Shown piece after piece: positions 61,031 to 64,000 of a stretch of DNA of 64,000 nt. Each line of letters starts with the position of its first letter. Position 1 is the first letter of the stretch. The DNA comes from Amphiscolops sp. MND2022 (taxonomy: Eukaryota). The stretch is from NCBI GenBank assembly GCA_964187785.1, contig OZ076409.1, positions 98,520,001-98,584,000 on the forward strand, given 5' to 3'. The translations under genes were made by a program, and so were the position numbers. Under the pieces are notes generated by a model. That model was not told where the DNA came from. It saw only the letters and a program-made list of their open reading frames with translations, and did no database searches.

Positions 61031-63112
61031 TTTGTAGAAAAGTTTGATCTTGAAGAATTGAATTTCTTTCGAAGAATTTTCTGACAAAGTAGAACAAGTT
61101 GAGAGAGTAGAATTGAAAATTCAACTGAATTATGCAATTACAAAAGACTGAGTCCCTTAATCATCAAATTCTATCATATTTATACCCTCCCAGCATCATT
61201 TGATCACGAACAAAGCCCTAATTTTCGTTGAACAATTAGTCATTTCCTGTATTTTCGATGAAAAAATCATTTTGTTCCCAATTTTACGTCGACATTCCGT
61301 CAATTTTTGAGACACGATGTTCTTCATTCAGTATTAGTCATCAAGTTTGATCATATCATTTCATCTCGGCGTCCTTTTGCTTCCTCCCAAGCAGGAAGTA
61401 GATATTACTTCAGTCTGTCAAACCGGAAATGATTCCCTGTTTTACTGCTTTGGTTCGCGGGAAATTAACGCTGAGATGACGCTGACGTGAACAAAAAATA
61501 CCTGATTTTGAATTTCGCTTTGACAAAAATGCTATGACTAATTCCAAAATGGGAATATTTGAACGATGCTAGGACGATATTTTATGAATTTGGACCCAAG
61601 CTTTTGCTGAAAGTGAGAATAAAATTGTGATATAAAAATAATATTTGTTAGCAACATTGTCGAGTCGTGTCAAATGCGACAAGATTTATAAAATTAACAG
61701 CAACGTTTGTTAAATAGCAACATCAACACAACGTGTATAACTGGGCAGCAACTGGTCGCACTGATATAAGAAAACATGAACACAATCACAAATACAGCGC
61801 TCAATGTTGTGGAGTACAAAAATGCAAAGTATATGAAAAATACATTTCTGGTACATAATAAGCTTCTAGTTGGGGAGAATAAACTGTGACTTCCTAATTA
61901 ATCTACTGTGGGATCTTGTAATAAGATGGTTTATGCACGGAGATTCCCTTATTGTTAAGAGCACACGATAGTTGCTTAACATGAGGTTAAATTATTCTGC
62001 TTGTATCAAAATGCATTCTAAATTAAGACCTTAAACCATGTAAAAATCAGCAATACGTTCATTATACGATTTGCAACAGCCTGCAATTTCCCTTCCTTAA
62101 AAAATAACGGCACTTATGCGACGAAAACTTGACTAAATTCAGCAAATTCATCCATTTTATTCAATTTCATAAACTTGTCAACGTCATGTTGACGAGTTTT
62201 CTTGGCAGAGTTGAATTTCATAAACTTGTCAACGTCATGTTGACGAGTTTTCTTGGCAGAATAGAGATTTTGACTAGTTTGACGCAATGCTGACGAGTAT
62301 TTTAGAAATGAGTCTCTCGCTAGCTACCGGAGCAGTGACGTCACACTGGCGGTAAATTGGAATGATTTCTAGCAATGCTATCAGTATAGGCGGATAATTG
62401 GAATGATTTTCTGGTACGCGTATGCGAGGCAGTGACGTCAATTGGTATGCTTTCAAACTTGTCTGCGTCTTATTGACGACAAATATACATGTACTCTCGT
62501 TTCTTTCGCCGCATTGTTTACTCAGCGCAGTATTGACGTCCTAAATCGCTTTAATTGCTGTTCAAAAGAGTAATTAAGCTGTCTTTCTAAGAAAAGGCTT
62601 AACTACCACGGTGTGCTGTCTCACTGTAATTTCCCGTTTTAGGTCCAAATGAAATGTAACTTTTCGGGATTAGTTTTGATGTAATTCCATTTAGATTAGC
62701 TTATGGTCTCTTTAATCTTGAGGTAGTTTTATTCTAATTTTCAGGTTGTGAATGTTTCATTTGTCGTGGTTGACTCGTCCAGACAAACATGCGTGAAATC
62801 ATTTTTGGATTATTTTGCCTCCTTATTTCATTTCCGATCAAATTTGCGCGCGGTAAACGTGTATTTTACATTTCCGGTGTTATTTCATCCAATTTTGCGA
62901 GAGCATAAAAATCTAGAACGCGTTCATTAGTTTTATTTGGGATTTTTGCTAGACAAACTATTATTGCGTTTCGAGTCACAGTTTATTTAAATTTAGTTAG
63001 AGTTCGAGTTAATAGCCGAAATACCTTTTCGTGAGTCTTGCGGTGCACCCATGTCCGCGCCCAAAACCAACTCTCCTGCATCCGCAATCCAGTCCGGGAG
63101 CGGACTGTGACA
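60637..63112 (-). repeat. 5' LTR of element C
   Basis: Abuts the PBS; TATAAATA (61184-61177) and Inr-like TCAGTC (61151-61146) on the minus strand upstream of the gag ATG; internal 51-bp tandem duplication. Confidence 0.95.
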
Positions 63113-63693
63113 ACTGTATTCGTCTTCAGCTCTAAATCCCTTTATAGTAGACTACGATACTCACAGACCAATGGGCCCGGCCTAAATGCGTGCAACTAGA
63201 AGCAATGCTCGTTTGGTTAGAAAAATTGCTTCCAGAATGTTGATATCACCTGCAAACTATTCAACGTTATCTACGATACATGCAAAATCACTTGAAGAAC
63301 AAGGTTCCTTCTGTGATGAGCTTTCATAGCGCGAACAGTTTCTTGATCAAGAATTTTCATCAAAGACGTGACATTTGTAAGGCAAAATACTGACGGTGGT
63401 GTTTTGCAAACTCAGCCCAGTCATGTCAAAACGTTATATACATTTTCCTAATTTTTGCTTTTATACGATTGTTTTTAATCGGCATTATTTTTTTCGACGT
63501 CATCCAAGCCCTCTTGTGAAATTATGGTCTAGGTCTTTGTTTCTTTTTAAAACAACGTAGACTTGCAATTTCCCCAATCACGAAACTTTGGTTTCTCTGC
63601 GCCACTCTTGTTCACCATCAGAAGTATAGTGACACAGTCTTTGACAGTCTTCCCCTTGATATATTGCCTCCTCGCACTTTAGGGACCCTAGTT

Positions 63694-63960
63694 GAGACTG
63701 CAGGAACTTTTTGCATGCTGCAGGCCTTCATGCAGGGTAATTGTTTATAAAACCTAGAAAATTCAGTGGTAATTCCGAGGGTAAATTATGTAGAATTACA
63801 CTGCAATAAAATTTGAAAATAAATACCACTTCATCACCGACACGATCACTTTATATTTACACTTTGTTTTCTCAACTACTCATCTGATGTGATCACCGCA
63901 TCTCAAATGGCGCGCTAAACATGATGCTAATTTGCAGTTTATTACGTGACTGAAGTCATT
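63694..63960. repeat. Unclassified dispersed repeat, diverged copy of ~43409-43620
   Basis: Shared AGACTGCAGGAACTTTT, ATAAAACCTAGAAAA, CCGACACGATCACTTT and CGCTAAACATGA blocks in the same order. Confidence 0.6.
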
Positions 63961-64000
63961 TTGCATTAAAATGGCTCCTAAATTGAGAATGATTTACTTG

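Larger units (their letters stand above)
46752..63112 (-). mobile_element. Large (16.36 kb) Ty3/gypsy LTR retrotransposon C with accessory gene cassette
   Basis: TG..CA LTRs 46752-49235 (2484 bp) and 60637-63112 (2476 bp); perfect 5-bp TSD ACTGT (46747-46751, 63113-63117); PBS-like TGGTGACAGGAGT at 60624-60636; gag, PR-RT-RH-IN order. Confidence 0.96.

Overview
Repeat-rich animal (invertebrate-type) genomic DNA. 1-10.5 kb holds the last seven exons of a neurexin IV/CASPR (CNTNAP)-family gene on the + strand, with MITEs and Helentron-like non-autonomous repeats in its introns. The rest is mostly transposons: a decayed hAT transposase (18.5-20.2 kb, -), a decayed short-LTR Ty3/gypsy element (21380-27179, -) whose 5' part is tandemly duplicated (3029 bp), and a related young element (37169-42555, +). 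The standout is a young 16.4-kb Ty3/gypsy element (46752-63112, -; ~2.48-kb near-identical LTRs, 5-bp TSD ACTGT). Its gag starts inside the 5' LTR and a -1 frameshift signal leads into pol. Between pol and the 3' LTR it carries a divergent two-gene accessory cassette. One gene is an intact, antisense, seven-exon GT-AG gene (~1087 aa) that by eye looks like a catalytically dead BED-finger/hAT-transposase derivative. The other is an acidic ORF with several SUMO-interaction-like motifs that runs into the 3' LTR. A TGACG-dyad motif is shared between the cassette promoter and the LTR, and no canonical polypurine tract is present. All homology calls are by-eye motif recognition; no database search was run.
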